The notes beneath the pieces were generated by a model that was not told where the DNA came from, searched no databases, and worked only from the letters and a program-made list of their open reading frames with translations. From positions 20,476 through 84,475 of the forward strand of contig JAAEYY010000001.1 of NCBI GenBank assembly GCA_018223105.1: a DNA stretch of 64,000 nt, given 5' to 3'. The DNA is from a bacterium (lineage in GTDB: Bacteria; Bacteroidota; Bacteroidia; NS11-12g; UBA9320). Shown in pieces: positions 29,434 to 41,282 of this stretch (positions are counted from its first letter, which is position 1; every line of letters begins with the position of its first letter). The translations under genes were made by a program, and so were the position numbers.

Positions 29434-29973
29434 ATGAGAAAACTAATTTTAACCTTTACCGCAATTATGGCCTGCTCAATTGCAATGGCCCAAGTAGAAC
29501 GAGATTTAGATGAAATCAATGAAACAAATTCATGGCTTAAGGTAGGTGCCAATGTAGGAGCGCCTGTCGGTGTTATAGATAATGTGACAACTTTTTCACT
29601 AGCACTAGATGTTAGTGGGCAGTTTATGAGAACAGATAATTTTGGACTTGGTATTACTTCTGGATATAATCACTATTTCAGAGAAAATTACAATGAGAAT
29701 AGCAATAAAACAGTTCAGGGAATTGGAGTTATTCCGGCTGAGTTGATGTTTAGATATTATCCTTATCTGGAAGGCTTCTTTGCAGGAGCAGATTTAGGGT
29801 ATAGTTTCATTGTAAATTCACCAATCCAAGGTGGTTTCAGTATGAGACCACATTTAGGTTACCACAACTACGACTGGAATTTCTTTGCATACTATAATCA
29901 CGTTTATACGGTAGATTCAAGAGACGTTCAAAGTATAGGTGTTGGGGCCACCTATAACTTTAGGTTCGAATAA
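29434..29973 (+). CDS. Small outer-membrane beta-barrel protein
   Basis: Signal peptide (MRKLILTFTAIMACSIAMAQ) and a C-terminal YNFRFE terminal strand. Confidence 0.65.
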   Translation: MRKLILTFTAIMACSIAMAQVERDLDEINETNSWLKVGANVGAPVGVIDNVTTFSLALDVSGQFMRTDNFGLGITSGYNHYFRENYNENSNKTVQGIGVIPAELMFRYYPYLEGFFAGADLGYSFIVNSPIQGGFSMRPHLGYHNYDWNFFAYYNHVYTVDSRDVQSIGVGATYNFRFE

Positions 29974-30000
29974 TCTCTTTACATAGAGACTATTCAGAAA

Positions 30001-30030
30001 GGAAGTCGATTATCGGCTTCCTTTTTTTAT
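30001..30030. terminator. Bidirectional rho-independent terminator between convergent genes
   Basis: ggaagtcg-attat-cggcttcc hairpin followed by ttttttt on the plus strand and preceded by an A-rich tract (for minus-strand transcription). Confidence 0.65.
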
Positions 30031-31709
30031 TCATATTTCCTTAAGCCTGTATTCAATCGAAGACCACCTCCTATAATCAGGTTATTCATAGGAGCAGTGT
30101 AGTACGATCCACTTGTAGTTCTATAGAGCAGCTGAAAATCAATAAATAGATTATGCCATAACATATAGCTGGCGGTAAAATTGATCGTCTGAATTGTGCT
30201 GTTAAAACCCTGAAGAATTTGTACATTCTCTTTATTCGGGATATCGCTGTAATCCCTCAGAATATTAGCTCCATAGTTTTCGGAATTCACGGAGCTGTCT
30301 TTGCCCTGGTTTGAGATAGAACTAAGTAAGGTTATATTTAATCTATCAAGAGGTTGATATCTTATAATCACAATATTTTCTCTAAAATTAGCGCCCAATG
30401 GATGTGCAAGTGCCTGATTAAAGTGGATCCAATTCTGTGATTTGGTAAAGTGCTGATAGACATATGGCCTCACTTGATTGTACTCATACTGAAAGTCTAG
30501 GTTATTGATCCCGGCTACATTGATATACTTTAAACCCAATTGATAGGCCCATTTATTGGTCCAAGAGCTAGTTTGTTTGAAAAATTCATTCTTCTGAAAT
30601 TCATCAAAAACCAATTGTCCGTAGAATGAAAATCGCTTCAGAAAATTCCATTTCCAATCTGTTCCTAAAATTACATTATCGCTGCTGTTTAGGCCGTGTT
30701 CAACTGATCGGTAAAAAATAATAGGATTGAGGTAATTAATCTCATATCTGTTATTCTCCGAGCTGTCTTGCCTATCGAAAATTACATTTTCAAAAAAACC
30801 GATATTGAGGTTCTTTCCAATGTTTATACTCAGATGGTGAAAGGCATTAAATTTTCTTTTGAAGGCTTGACCATCCGGTGTTGGTACATAATCGATATGC
30901 TCTGAGAATAGATTCATGTAGTTAATTCGCCAGACCCTTGTATTGAATTTTAGAAAAGGATATTCTTTAGCATAGTCTGAAAGTATGAGGGAGCGATGTC
31001 CGTTCCCAATAAAATTCCGATCATGTCCAAATTGAACCATTACTTCCTTGATGGGTGAAAAAGTAATGTACCCTGAAGCGTTGAAGAAGTCTTCGCCATT
31101 ATCTCCGAATCGTTTGTGTAGACCGGTTCCCGGAACCACACCGGTTTCATCTATTTGGCTTCTCAGATAATTAGGGAAGCGATATTGATTCTCCATAGCA
31201 TAAGTATAGAAACCTAGTTTTCGTCCGAGGTTCCCGCGTACAACAACACCTCTACTGTTTCGATAGATGCTTTGATCATTTTGAACATCCAATCCTCCAG
31301 AGAAACCCAAAACCGGATTTACTTCTAAATCAATAGAAGTGCCGAACAATACATCTTCATAAGAAATAGAATAGAATGCATTTTTTCGGGTATAGAAGGT
31401 GTTCAATAGAGGCTTATCTGTAAGTGCTGCCTCACTTTTGCTATACATTGCATTGTCTATAAGCAAGTATGCTCGGTTAAAACTATCAACAGCAGAAATT
31501 GCTGTTGCTTCTGCTGCGAACCGATATTGCATATCTCGCCTGAAAGGCTTTACTGAGGTGAAATGAAATTTACTGATTTCACCATTCATGATTTCAAAAC
31601 GATCTACAAGGTGATAGTTTGTGAAATTACTGGTTAATGGTGATTGCGCAGAAGCCAATACTCCGGCACCGAGAAGTACATAAAATAGTAGAATCCTCAT
31701 TCTTGTCAA
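30027..31709 (-). CDS. Large secreted beta-rich outer-membrane protein, function unknown (possibly Wzi-like)
   Basis: 560 aa, signal peptide (MTRMRILLFYVLLGAGVLASAQ), aromatic-rich amphipathic strands, C-terminal LRKYE. The family assignment is a guess. Confidence 0.5.
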   Translation of the reverse strand: MTRMRILLFYVLLGAGVLASAQSPLTSNFTNYHLVDRFEIMNGEISKFHFTSVKPFRRDMQYRFAAEATAISAVDSFNRAYLLIDNAMYSKSEAALTDKPLLNTFYTRKNAFYSISYEDVLFGTSIDLEVNPVLGFSGGLDVQNDQSIYRNSRGVVVRGNLGRKLGFYTYAMENQYRFPNYLRSQIDETGVVPGTGLHKRFGDNGEDFFNASGYITFSPIKEVMVQFGHDRNFIGNGHRSLILSDYAKEYPFLKFNTRVWRINYMNLFSEHIDYVPTPDGQAFKRKFNAFHHLSINIGKNLNIGFFENVIFDRQDSSENNRYEINYLNPIIFYRSVEHGLNSSDNVILGTDWKWNFLKRFSFYGQLVFDEFQKNEFFKQTSSWTNKWAYQLGLKYINVAGINNLDFQYEYNQVRPYVYQHFTKSQNWIHFNQALAHPLGANFRENIVIIRYQPLDRLNITLLSSISNQGKDSSVNSENYGANILRDYSDIPNKENVQILQGFNSTIQTINFTASYMLWHNLFIDFQLLYRTTSGSYYTAPMNNLIIGGGLRLNTGLRKYE

Positions 31710-31786
31710 AAGTAATTGATTTGCCTTTAGACTTGCACTTTAATGTGTTTTGAGGTGACCAGGTTTTTAGGCGAATATCAGAGTAA

Positions 31787-33853
<2,067 letters not shown>

Positions 33854-33855
33854 CT

Positions 33856-34380
33856 TTGTCGTTCCTGAGCAAAATAAAGTATAATATCGCTTTAAAGAAG
33901 CTTCGCGCACATGCTCAAAAAGAGAAGGCCGAACGCTTTAAAGGCTTGTCGCAAGCCAGATCTGTTGGTATTGTCTATAACGTAGGAAAGATCAAATGGA
34001 AAACTGTCACGCAGTTTATTCATTACTTCGAATCTCTGGGAAAAAAAGTAACAACATTGGGTTATTTGGATGAAAAGGAGTTGAACCATAATTATACTCC
34101 AAATTTCAGACACATGTTCTTTTGCCAAAGAGAGTTGAGTTTTTGGAAGATTCCCAAAGCACAAAGCTTACAGACCTTTACTGAGGTTGATTTTGATTAT
34201 TTGATTAATCTGGATGTAGAAGGAGATCTGGTTTTACAAGCCGTTTCTGCATATTCTAAGGCTCATACTCGTATTGGTTTACATCTGGAAGACTATGAAT
34301 TTTGTCAGGACTTCATGATTAAGGCTGATGTGAATGACGGCCCGGATCTATTTGAAAAATTAAAAGACTATATAAAATAA
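33856..34380 (+). CDS. Conserved hypothetical protein between ligA and dapA
   Basis: 174-aa ORF tightly coupled to its neighbours. No recognised motifs. Confidence 0.5.
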   Translation: MSFLSKIKYNIALKKLRAHAQKEKAERFKGLSQARSVGIVYNVGKIKWKTVTQFIHYFESLGKKVTTLGYLDEKELNHNYTPNFRHMFFCQRELSFWKIPKAQSLQTFTEVDFDYLINLDVEGDLVLQAVSAYSKAHTRIGLHLEDYEFCQDFMIKADVNDGPDLFEKLKDYIK

Positions 34381-35249
34381 TGGGAAGTAAATTTAGAGGA
34401 TTAGGTGTAGCAATGGTTACTCCTTTTAATGAAGATGGAAGTGTAGACTTTCTTGGTTTAAGTAATCTTACCAATCATCTTATTGATGGTGGTGTTGATT
34501 ATCTGGTAGTGATGGGTACTACCGGTGAAAACCCTACAATATCAAAAGATGAGCAATTGGACATTTTGCATAAAGTTCAAGAAGTGAATAATGGTAAATT
34601 ACCTATTGTATTTGGAATTGGTGGGAATAATACCCAAGCCATAGTAGATCAAATAAAATCCATGAATTTTGATGGAGTGGATGGTATTCTAAGCGTAAGT
34701 CCATATTACAGCAAGCCTAATCAGGAAGGAATATATCAGCATTATAAAAGCATTTCTGAAGTGAGTCCTGTTCCCGTAATAATATATAATGTGCCGGGAA
34801 GAACAGGTTCAACCATCAGCCCTGAAACCACATTGAGAATTGCAGATCTACCTAATATGCATGCCACCAAGGAAGCTAGTGGTAGTTTTGATATTGTGAT
34901 GAATATTCTCCGTAATAAGAAGGACAATTTTCATGTATTCAGTGGAGATGATGACCTTACCTTGCCCTTCATTTCTGTTGGGATGGAAGGAGTTATATCG
35001 GTAATTGGAAATGCATATCCTTCTTTGTTCAGCAGAATGGTGCATTTGGCACTTGAAGGTAAAATGGAAGAAGCCAGAGAGATTCATTATCAGCTTTTAC
35101 CCATGATTAAAGCCATCTTTATGGACGGAAATCCTCCGGGCGTGAAATATCTCCTTTCTAAAATGGGGATTTGTAAAAACGAATTCAGACTACCTGTTCA
35201 TCCTGTTAATGAGCAGACAGCTAAGGCTATAGATAAGGCTTTTATCTAA
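34380..35249 (+). CDS. dapA: 4-hydroxy-tetrahydrodipicolinate synthase DapA
   Basis: GVAMVTPF...VVMGTTGE...active-site region. 289 aa. Confidence 0.9.
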   Translation: MGSKFRGLGVAMVTPFNEDGSVDFLGLSNLTNHLIDGGVDYLVVMGTTGENPTISKDEQLDILHKVQEVNNGKLPIVFGIGGNNTQAIVDQIKSMNFDGVDGILSVSPYYSKPNQEGIYQHYKSISEVSPVPVIIYNVPGRTGSTISPETTLRIADLPNMHATKEASGSFDIVMNILRNKKDNFHVFSGDDDLTLPFISVGMEGVISVIGNAYPSLFSRMVHLALEGKMEEAREIHYQLLPMIKAIFMDGNPPGVKYLLSKMGICKNEFRLPVHPVNEQTAKAIDKAFI

Positions 35250-35659
35250 ACCGTAGCAATTACCTTCAGTTCAATAGCAATAGGTGTTGGGAGACAGTTG
35301 ATTTCAACTGTGGTTCTGCAAGGTCTATTGTCTTTGAAGTATTCAGCGTAGATCTTATTATAAATTTTAAAATCATCTTTCATATTGGTTAGAAAGACGG
35401 TTACATCAATAATTTTATCCCATGAGCTACCGGAATCTTCTAGAATATATTTGATATTTCGGAATACAGAATGGCATTGTGCTTCAATATCGTAAGATGC
35501 GATTGAACCATCTTCATTGAGTTCTACGCCCGGTATTTTTTTTGTGCCTCTTTCTCGCGGTCCAACTCCACTGAGAAATAATAAATCTCCAACTTTTCTT
35601 GCATGAGGATATAGTCCTACCGGCTCAGGTGCTTTACTGCTTTCAAATTCTTGATTCAT
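35246..35659 (-). CDS. RidA/YjgF-family reactive-intermediate deaminase
   Basis: YjgF signature near the C-terminus (PCRTTVEINCLPTPIAIELKVIA). 137 aa. Confidence 0.85.
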   Translation of the reverse strand: MNQEFESSKAPEPVGLYPHARKVGDLLFLSGVGPRERGTKKIPGVELNEDGSIASYDIEAQCHSVFRNIKYILEDSGSSWDKIIDVTVFLTNMKDDFKIYNKIYAEYFKDNRPCRTTVEINCLPTPIAIELKVIATV

Positions 35660-35709
35660 AACTTAAATTGAAAGACAATAGTACAGCGAAAATTGCTTAG
35701 GCCAAAAGC

Positions 35710-36729
35710 CTATCTTCTATTTTTAAGTTGTTTTAAGGTAGGAGGCTTGGGAGGTTGAAGGCTGGTACTCCAAATGTCGCAACCATAACCAAAGTCGTCT
35801 TGCGGAGTTGAACTCAATTGTATTGCAACAATTAAATGGCTTAAGTCTGCAGATAAAGAAAGACTTTTACATCTTCCATTCGGACTTTTATAAGAAGTTA
35901 CGAGATTCCCCGATTCAATTTCATGGATGTTTACAAGTCCATCTAATCCACATGTGGCAACATATTTAGAGAATGGGTCAACTGTAAGTCCGGTGATGGT
36001 CCAAGTATGATCTTCGAATTTTCGTTCTTCATCTCCTTTTGCCAGACTCCATACTCTAGTGGTTTTATCTTCAGAGGTAGAGATCAGGTATTTTCGATTC
36101 AGTGTAACTGCAAGATCTGTAATCTCTCCTTCATGGCCGGAGAAGCGACGAGTTTCTTTCCCCACGATATCATATTCTACGATATCGGTGCTTCCTTTTG
36201 TGGCGATGTAATGTTTTCTATCAACGCTAATGGTAAACGTGGTAATAGGGCCTTCAGCTTTAATCTGTCGTTCTTTTCTCTTTTTCAAATCCCAAGAATG
36301 CAAAACATTTTGGTCGTCACTTGCAAAAATCATCCTTAGACCTAAGCCGTAAAATACTTTGCTGATGTGTCCTGTGGTGAAAAGAAATGAAGTATCAAGC
36401 ATAATCATGCCGGAGCTATCGTCTACAGAATATAGATTTACTTGTCCATCCATGCCTCCTGTAATGAAGTTTTTAGAATCTCTGCTAAAAGCTACAGATG
36501 TTACCGGGCCGTCGTGGTCTGCAAAATTTAAATAGAGTGAAGGACTAGAGTCGTTCACATAAAAATTGACCTGTCCGCTCCAATCTCCCGATACAATATA
36601 TTTTCCATCGGGGGAGTAAGTTACAGTGGTTACATCATTTTCATGACCGTCGAGAAACATAAAAGATGAGTCTTGACCATAGCTTAAATTTACAATAAAG
36701 AAAGCTAGAAGTAATAGTGAATGCCGCAT
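35710..36729 (-). CDS. Secreted WD40/beta-propeller repeat protein
   Basis: Signal peptide, then repeated SPDGKYIVSGDWSGQVN / GH...W-type WD40 blades. Confidence 0.7.
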   Translation of the reverse strand: MRHSLLLLAFFIVNLSYGQDSSFMFLDGHENDVTTVTYSPDGKYIVSGDWSGQVNFYVNDSSPSLYLNFADHDGPVTSVAFSRDSKNFITGGMDGQVNLYSVDDSSGMIMLDTSFLFTTGHISKVFYGLGLRMIFASDDQNVLHSWDLKKRKERQIKAEGPITTFTISVDRKHYIATKGSTDIVEYDIVGKETRRFSGHEGEITDLAVTLNRKYLISTSEDKTTRVWSLAKGDEERKFEDHTWTITGLTVDPFSKYVATCGLDGLVNIHEIESGNLVTSYKSPNGRCKSLSLSADLSHLIVAIQLSSTPQDDFGYGCDIWSTSLQPPKPPTLKQLKNRR

Positions 36730-36743
36730 ATCGCTAATTTACA

Positions 36744-38045
36744 TTAATTTTTATAGAATAACCATTTCAGGAGTTCTTTATAGCTTGGCTTTTTCCCATA
36801 CATCAGAATACCAGTGCGATAAATTTTTCCTGCTATAGCTATTGCAATAACTATTCCGATGATCATGCTTAATACTGCGGTAACAATTTGCCAGGTAGGT
36901 GGATCAAAGGGTAATCTAGCCATCATAACGATAGGAGATGTAAATGGAATCATCGACAACCACGTAGCCAGGGCGCCGTTGGGGTCGTTGATAACAACCG
37001 AGAAGGATATCACCAAAGAAAACACCAAAGGCAAGGTAATGGGCATCATAAATTGTTGTGTATCTGTTTCACTATCAACAGCAGAGCCAATAGCCGCAAA
37101 AATTGCCCCGTAAAGCAAGTACCCGGCGATAAAAAAGAACAGGAACAGTCCAAAAATCTTTGCAATAGGTAGGTCTGCAATTGAGGCAATCATTTCACCA
37201 ACTTGGGGAGTAACTTGCGTTTGAGCTTGTTGCATCTCGGTAAGTTGACTTTGATCTACCTGATTTATTCCAAATACCGTGGTGATGATTAAAGTAAGCA
37301 CTGTGGAGAGTACACCCCAAATTGCAAGCTGAGTTAAACCGACTGCAGCAATTCCAATCACTTTCCCCATCATCAATTCAAAGGGCTTCACAGAAGATAC
37401 CATCAGTTCTACAATACGGCTGGTCTTTTCTTCTATAACTCCTCGCATTACCTGTACTCCATAAAGGAAGATAAAGATGTAGATGATGAACGCCGAACCA
37501 ATCCCAACTGCCGTTAGAATGATGCTATTTGTGGTTTTTGAATTTCCTTCTGAATCAATTTTCGAGGATTGCACCGCAACATTTACTTTTAATGAATCCA
37601 ATGTTTCTTGAGTTATCCCGGACTTCTTGAGTTTTGTGTTTCGAATAACTGAGCTGAAAGCATTTTGAATTACATCTATTTCTTTTACTGAGAGACTCGA
37701 TTGTGATTCATATTTGAGATTCAGGTCTTGTTCAATGTCATAATCCTCCGGTACTATAATCATACCTTCATAATCTGAATTAATTAATGAGTCTCGGCTG
37801 AAATTAGGACTGAAATGAAAGTCGATTTTATCATTCGATTTCACATCATTCCCAAATATTCCACTTTGATCTACGACCACCATATGTTTTACGCTGGATC
37901 CAACATTGTCGTTAATGCTAATCCATATCATCAAAGCGTAGAAACCTGAAATGAGGAAAGGAGCGAGGAGCGTCATGATGATGAAACTCTTCTTTTTAAC
38001 TCGGGTGAGGTATTCTCTTAATATTACGAGTGGGATCTTACGCAT
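36744..38045 (-). CDS. ABC-2 family transporter permease (N-terminal TM, large extracytoplasmic loop, five C-terminal TMs)
   Basis: 433 aa. Its topology pattern and its start/stop overlap with the ATPase gene support the call. Confidence 0.75.
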   Translation of the reverse strand: MRKIPLVILREYLTRVKKKSFIIMTLLAPFLISGFYALMIWISINDNVGSSVKHMVVVDQSGIFGNDVKSNDKIDFHFSPNFSRDSLINSDYEGMIIVPEDYDIEQDLNLKYESQSSLSVKEIDVIQNAFSSVIRNTKLKKSGITQETLDSLKVNVAVQSSKIDSEGNSKTTNSIILTAVGIGSAFIIYIFIFLYGVQVMRGVIEEKTSRIVELMVSSVKPFELMMGKVIGIAAVGLTQLAIWGVLSTVLTLIITTVFGINQVDQSQLTEMQQAQTQVTPQVGEMIASIADLPIAKIFGLFLFFFIAGYLLYGAIFAAIGSAVDSETDTQQFMMPITLPLVFSLVISFSVVINDPNGALATWLSMIPFTSPIVMMARLPFDPPTWQIVTAVLSMIIGIVIAIAIAGKIYRTGILMYGKKPSYKELLKWLFYKN

Positions 38046-38955
38046 GTTGAGTCTCGGTTAGTTTGATGAATACTTCCTGCATACTTGGAATTACTTCGCG
38101 GTACAGGCTTATTTGTAAATGTTGGCCGCCAAAGACTTGAATGTCCGGTCTGCTATTTTCAGGATATTTAAACTGCACGAAGGTTTCATTACCTTGCTTG
38201 GATGATCTTAGGATTTGGATTCCCTGAAGATCTTCCGGAGCAACATCTCCGCGGTAATGCATCTCAAAAATATCTTCTTTTAAAGTTGATCGGATGTCGT
38301 TTACCGTTCCGGTAGTTACTACTTCGCTTTTATTGATTAATACCACTTCATCGCAAATTTCTTCAACAGACTCCATCCTATGAGTACTTAGAATTACACT
38401 TGCTCCTTTTTGCTTAAGCGATCTTATTTCATCCTTAATCAATTGCGTATTCTTTGGGTCAAAACCGGTAAATGGCTCATCCAAAATAATCACTTTAGGA
38501 TCGTGTAAAACAGTGATGATAAACTGGATCTTCTGCTGCATCCCTTTAGAAAGCTCTTCAATTCTCTTCTTTTTCCAAGTTGAAGCTTCGAATTTATCTA
38601 ACCATTCATTGATGGTTTTAATAGCCGTAGCTTTATCGAGTCCTCTAAGACGAGCAAAATACAAGAGCTGGTCAAAGACCTGCATTTTCTTATACAAACC
38701 GCGCTCTTCCGGGAGATATCCTATCTCTTTTATGTGGCTGATATTGAGCTTGTTGCCTCTGAATAGCACCTGACCTTCATCCGGTGCAGTAATCTGATTA
38801 ATTATACGTATAAGCGAGGTTTTTCCCGCTCCATTAGGTCCCAGTAAACCAAACACAATCCCTTCTGGGACATTAAAACTCACACGGTTAAGTGCAGTGT
38901 GGTTTGCGTAAAATTTCGAGACTCCTTCGATAGATAGAACATCCATATTGAACAA
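38038..38955 (-). CDS. ABC transporter ATP-binding protein
   Basis: Walker A (GPNGAGKTS), ABC signature (LSKGMQQK), and Walker B (IILDEP). Confidence 0.85.
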   Translation of the reverse strand: MFNMDVLSIEGVSKFYANHTALNRVSFNVPEGIVFGLLGPNGAGKTSLIRIINQITAPDEGQVLFRGNKLNISHIKEIGYLPEERGLYKKMQVFDQLLYFARLRGLDKATAIKTINEWLDKFEASTWKKKRIEELSKGMQQKIQFIITVLHDPKVIILDEPFTGFDPKNTQLIKDEIRSLKQKGASVILSTHRMESVEEICDEVVLINKSEVVTTGTVNDIRSTLKEDIFEMHYRGDVAPEDLQGIQILRSSKQGNETFVQFKYPENSRPDIQVFGGQHLQISLYREVIPSMQEVFIKLTETQHA

Positions 38956-39014
38956 AGGAAACGAAGAAAGTTCAGACTGGTTTTGGAATCAAATAAAAAG
39001 CAGTCTTTTTCGGA

Positions 39015-40142
39015 CTAATTGAAGAAATCTTTCATCTTATCAAAGAATCCTTTCTCTTTTGTAGGGTCCGGTTTGAAGTTTTCGGATTCTAGAAGTTGTT
39101 TCATCAAGGTTTTTTCTTCAGAACTCAGCTTTGTCGGTGTGTAAACATTTACATAAATAAGCTGATCTCCGGTTTTATATCCATTGATATCAGGTACTCC
39201 TTTACCTCTTAGTCTCAAGATCTTACCCGATTGTGTTCCGGGTTCAATCTTAATTCTGGCTTTCCCTGATACAGTAGGTACCTCCACGTCTGTTCCAAGT
39301 GCCGCTTCCGGAAAACTAATATGAAGATTGTAGACAATGTTATTCCCGTCTCGGGTTAGCTCTTTATGCTCAAGCTCTTCAATTACAACCACTAAATCTC
39401 CGGCAATACCTCCCGGGATCTCATTCCCTTTTCCCTGAACACTCAATTGCATTCCATCAGCAACACCTGCAGGAATATTGATGGTTGTGGTGAATTCTTT
39501 AGTAACGAGTCCCATGGAGTCTGCACCCGATGGAATGTTCTTTATTTTCTTACCTGCTCCACCACAAGTAGGGCAAGCTGAAGTAGTTTGCATTTGACCG
39601 AGGAAGGTGCTTTGAACTCGTGTTACTTGACCTCTTCCTTTACAGGTAGGGCAAGTATCGAAGGTTACTCCATCGGCAACTACTTTTTTACGGTATTTTA
39701 TTTTCTTCTCAACTCCGTTTGTGATTTCGTCGATGTTGAGTTTGAGCTTAATTCTGATATTGGTCCCAACAGCAGTTCTACTTCTTCTAGCTCCTCCGCC
39801 AAAAAAACTTTCAAATGGTGAGCCACCGCCACCGCCCATGTCGCCAAAAATATCTCCAAAATGACGGAATATGTCGTCCATATTCATTCCGCCACCGCCG
39901 CCAAATCCGCCGGCTCCGTTTACACCATCATGGCCAAACTGGTCGTATCGCTGACGTTTTTCAGCATCGCGAAGCACTTCATATGCTTCTGCTGCTTCTT
40001 TAAATTTATCTTCCGCTTCTTTGTCGCCCGGGTTTTTATCTGGGTGATATTTCAAAGCAAGTTTACGATAGGCCTTTTTTAGCTCATCCTGACTTGCACT
40101 TTTTTCTACTCCCAGTATTTCGTAATAATCTCTTTTCGCCAT
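39015..40142 (-). CDS. dnaJ: Molecular chaperone DnaJ
   Basis: J-domain with HPD (YHPDKN), a G/F-rich linker, and four CxxCxGxG zinc-finger repeats. Confidence 0.95.
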   Translation of the reverse strand: MAKRDYYEILGVEKSASQDELKKAYRKLALKYHPDKNPGDKEAEDKFKEAAEAYEVLRDAEKRQRYDQFGHDGVNGAGGFGGGGGMNMDDIFRHFGDIFGDMGGGGGSPFESFFGGGARRSRTAVGTNIRIKLKLNIDEITNGVEKKIKYRKKVVADGVTFDTCPTCKGRGQVTRVQSTFLGQMQTTSACPTCGGAGKKIKNIPSGADSMGLVTKEFTTTINIPAGVADGMQLSVQGKGNEIPGGIAGDLVVVIEELEHKELTRDGNNIVYNLHISFPEAALGTDVEVPTVSGKARIKIEPGTQSGKILRLRGKGVPDINGYKTGDQLIYVNVYTPTKLSSEEKTLMKQLLESENFKPDPTKEKGFFDKMKDFFN

Positions 40143-40145
40143 ATC

Positions 40146-40721
40146 TTACTCTCCTACAACCACTTTCGCGTATCGAATTACTTTTTCGTTGAGTTTGTAT
40201 CCTTTTTCTATTTCGTCTACTACTTTCCCTTTTAACTTCTTAGATGGTGCAGGAATTTTGGTTACTGCTTCGTGGATCTCGGGATCAAATGTTTCTTCTA
40301 TGCTTTTAAAAGGTTGAAGGCCTTTTGATTTAAGAGTGCTCACAAATTTGTTGTGAACCAGATCAATGCCTTGCTTCAATGCTTCTACATTCTCAGTGCT
40401 GTCGAAAGACTTAATGGCACGCTCAAAGTCATCTATTACAGGCAATAGGTCTGTAAGAATGTCTTCTCCGGCGTTTTTCATTAATTCCAGACGCTCTTTT
40501 GATGTTCTCCTTCTATAGTTTTCGAATTCAGAGTAGAGACGTAAATACTTGTCGTTTAGCTCTGTGATTTTAGCCTCAGCTGCCTCTTTTTCAGAAACTT
40601 CTGATTCTTTTTGAGCTTCTTCAGAAACAGGCCCCTCTTGTTCCTGTCCTTTTTTCTCTTCCTCTTCTAATTGCGTTTTATTCTCTTTGTTCGCCATAGC
40701 TCCTTTGAAATTCGCTTGCAA
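40146..40721 (-). CDS. grpE: Nucleotide exchange factor GrpE
   Basis: GrpE coiled-coil and C-terminal beta domain (YLRLYSEFENYRRR...VLQKGYKLNEKVIRYAKVVV). Confidence 0.9.
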   Translation of the reverse strand: MQANFKGAMANKENKTQLEEEEKKGQEQEGPVSEEAQKESEVSEKEAAEAKITELNDKYLRLYSEFENYRRRTSKERLELMKNAGEDILTDLLPVIDDFERAIKSFDSTENVEALKQGIDLVHNKFVSTLKSKGLQPFKSIEETFDPEIHEAVTKIPAPSKKLKGKVVDEIEKGYKLNEKVIRYAKVVVGE

Positions 40722-40760
40722 AAGAGCAAAATTGCTGCCAATTCCAAATGTGTCAATATG

Positions 40761-41282
40761 TCATTCTGATAGACGGGAGTTGAGAAACTCCATGAGACGA
40801 TTTCCGTAGTGTTCTTTGGCAATCACTACTCCGTTTTTATCGATAATAAGGTTGTGTGGTAAATATTTGAAATTGAATTTCTCCACTACCGGGCTGTCCC
40901 ATTTTTTGAAATCGCTTACGTGATATTCCCAGTCCATTTTGTCGTTTTTAATGGCTTGGGTCCATAAGTCTTTTTCTAAGTCTAGGCTTACGGAAAAGAT
41001 TTCAAACCCATCTCCATCCTTAAACTTGAGATCTTTGTATTTGTGATAGGCTTTTACGTAGCTTCGATTTTCTACTCTGCAGGTTCTGCACCAACTTGCC
41101 CAAAAATCAATGAGCACCATTTTGCCGCGGAGGTCGGAGAGCTTGTAAATACTGTCGTTAGGCCCCTTTAATTCAATTTCCGGCGCGGTTTCACCAATAC
41201 CGGGATGAATTACATCCGCGTTTTGGGATGATCCCAGGGAGATAAAAGCCAATATGAAAAATAACAGGACCTGTTTTATCAT
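40761..41282 (-). CDS. TlpA-like thiol-disulfide oxidoreductase (thioredoxin fold, CRTC active site)
   Basis: Signal peptide, then LIDFWASWCRTC and the downstream redoxin fold. Confidence 0.75.
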   Translation of the reverse strand: MIKQVLLFFILAFISLGSSQNADVIHPGIGETAPEIELKGPNDSIYKLSDLRGKMVLIDFWASWCRTCRVENRSYVKAYHKYKDLKFKDGDGFEIFSVSLDLEKDLWTQAIKNDKMDWEYHVSDFKKWDSPVVEKFNFKYLPHNLIIDKNGVVIAKEHYGNRLMEFLNSRLSE

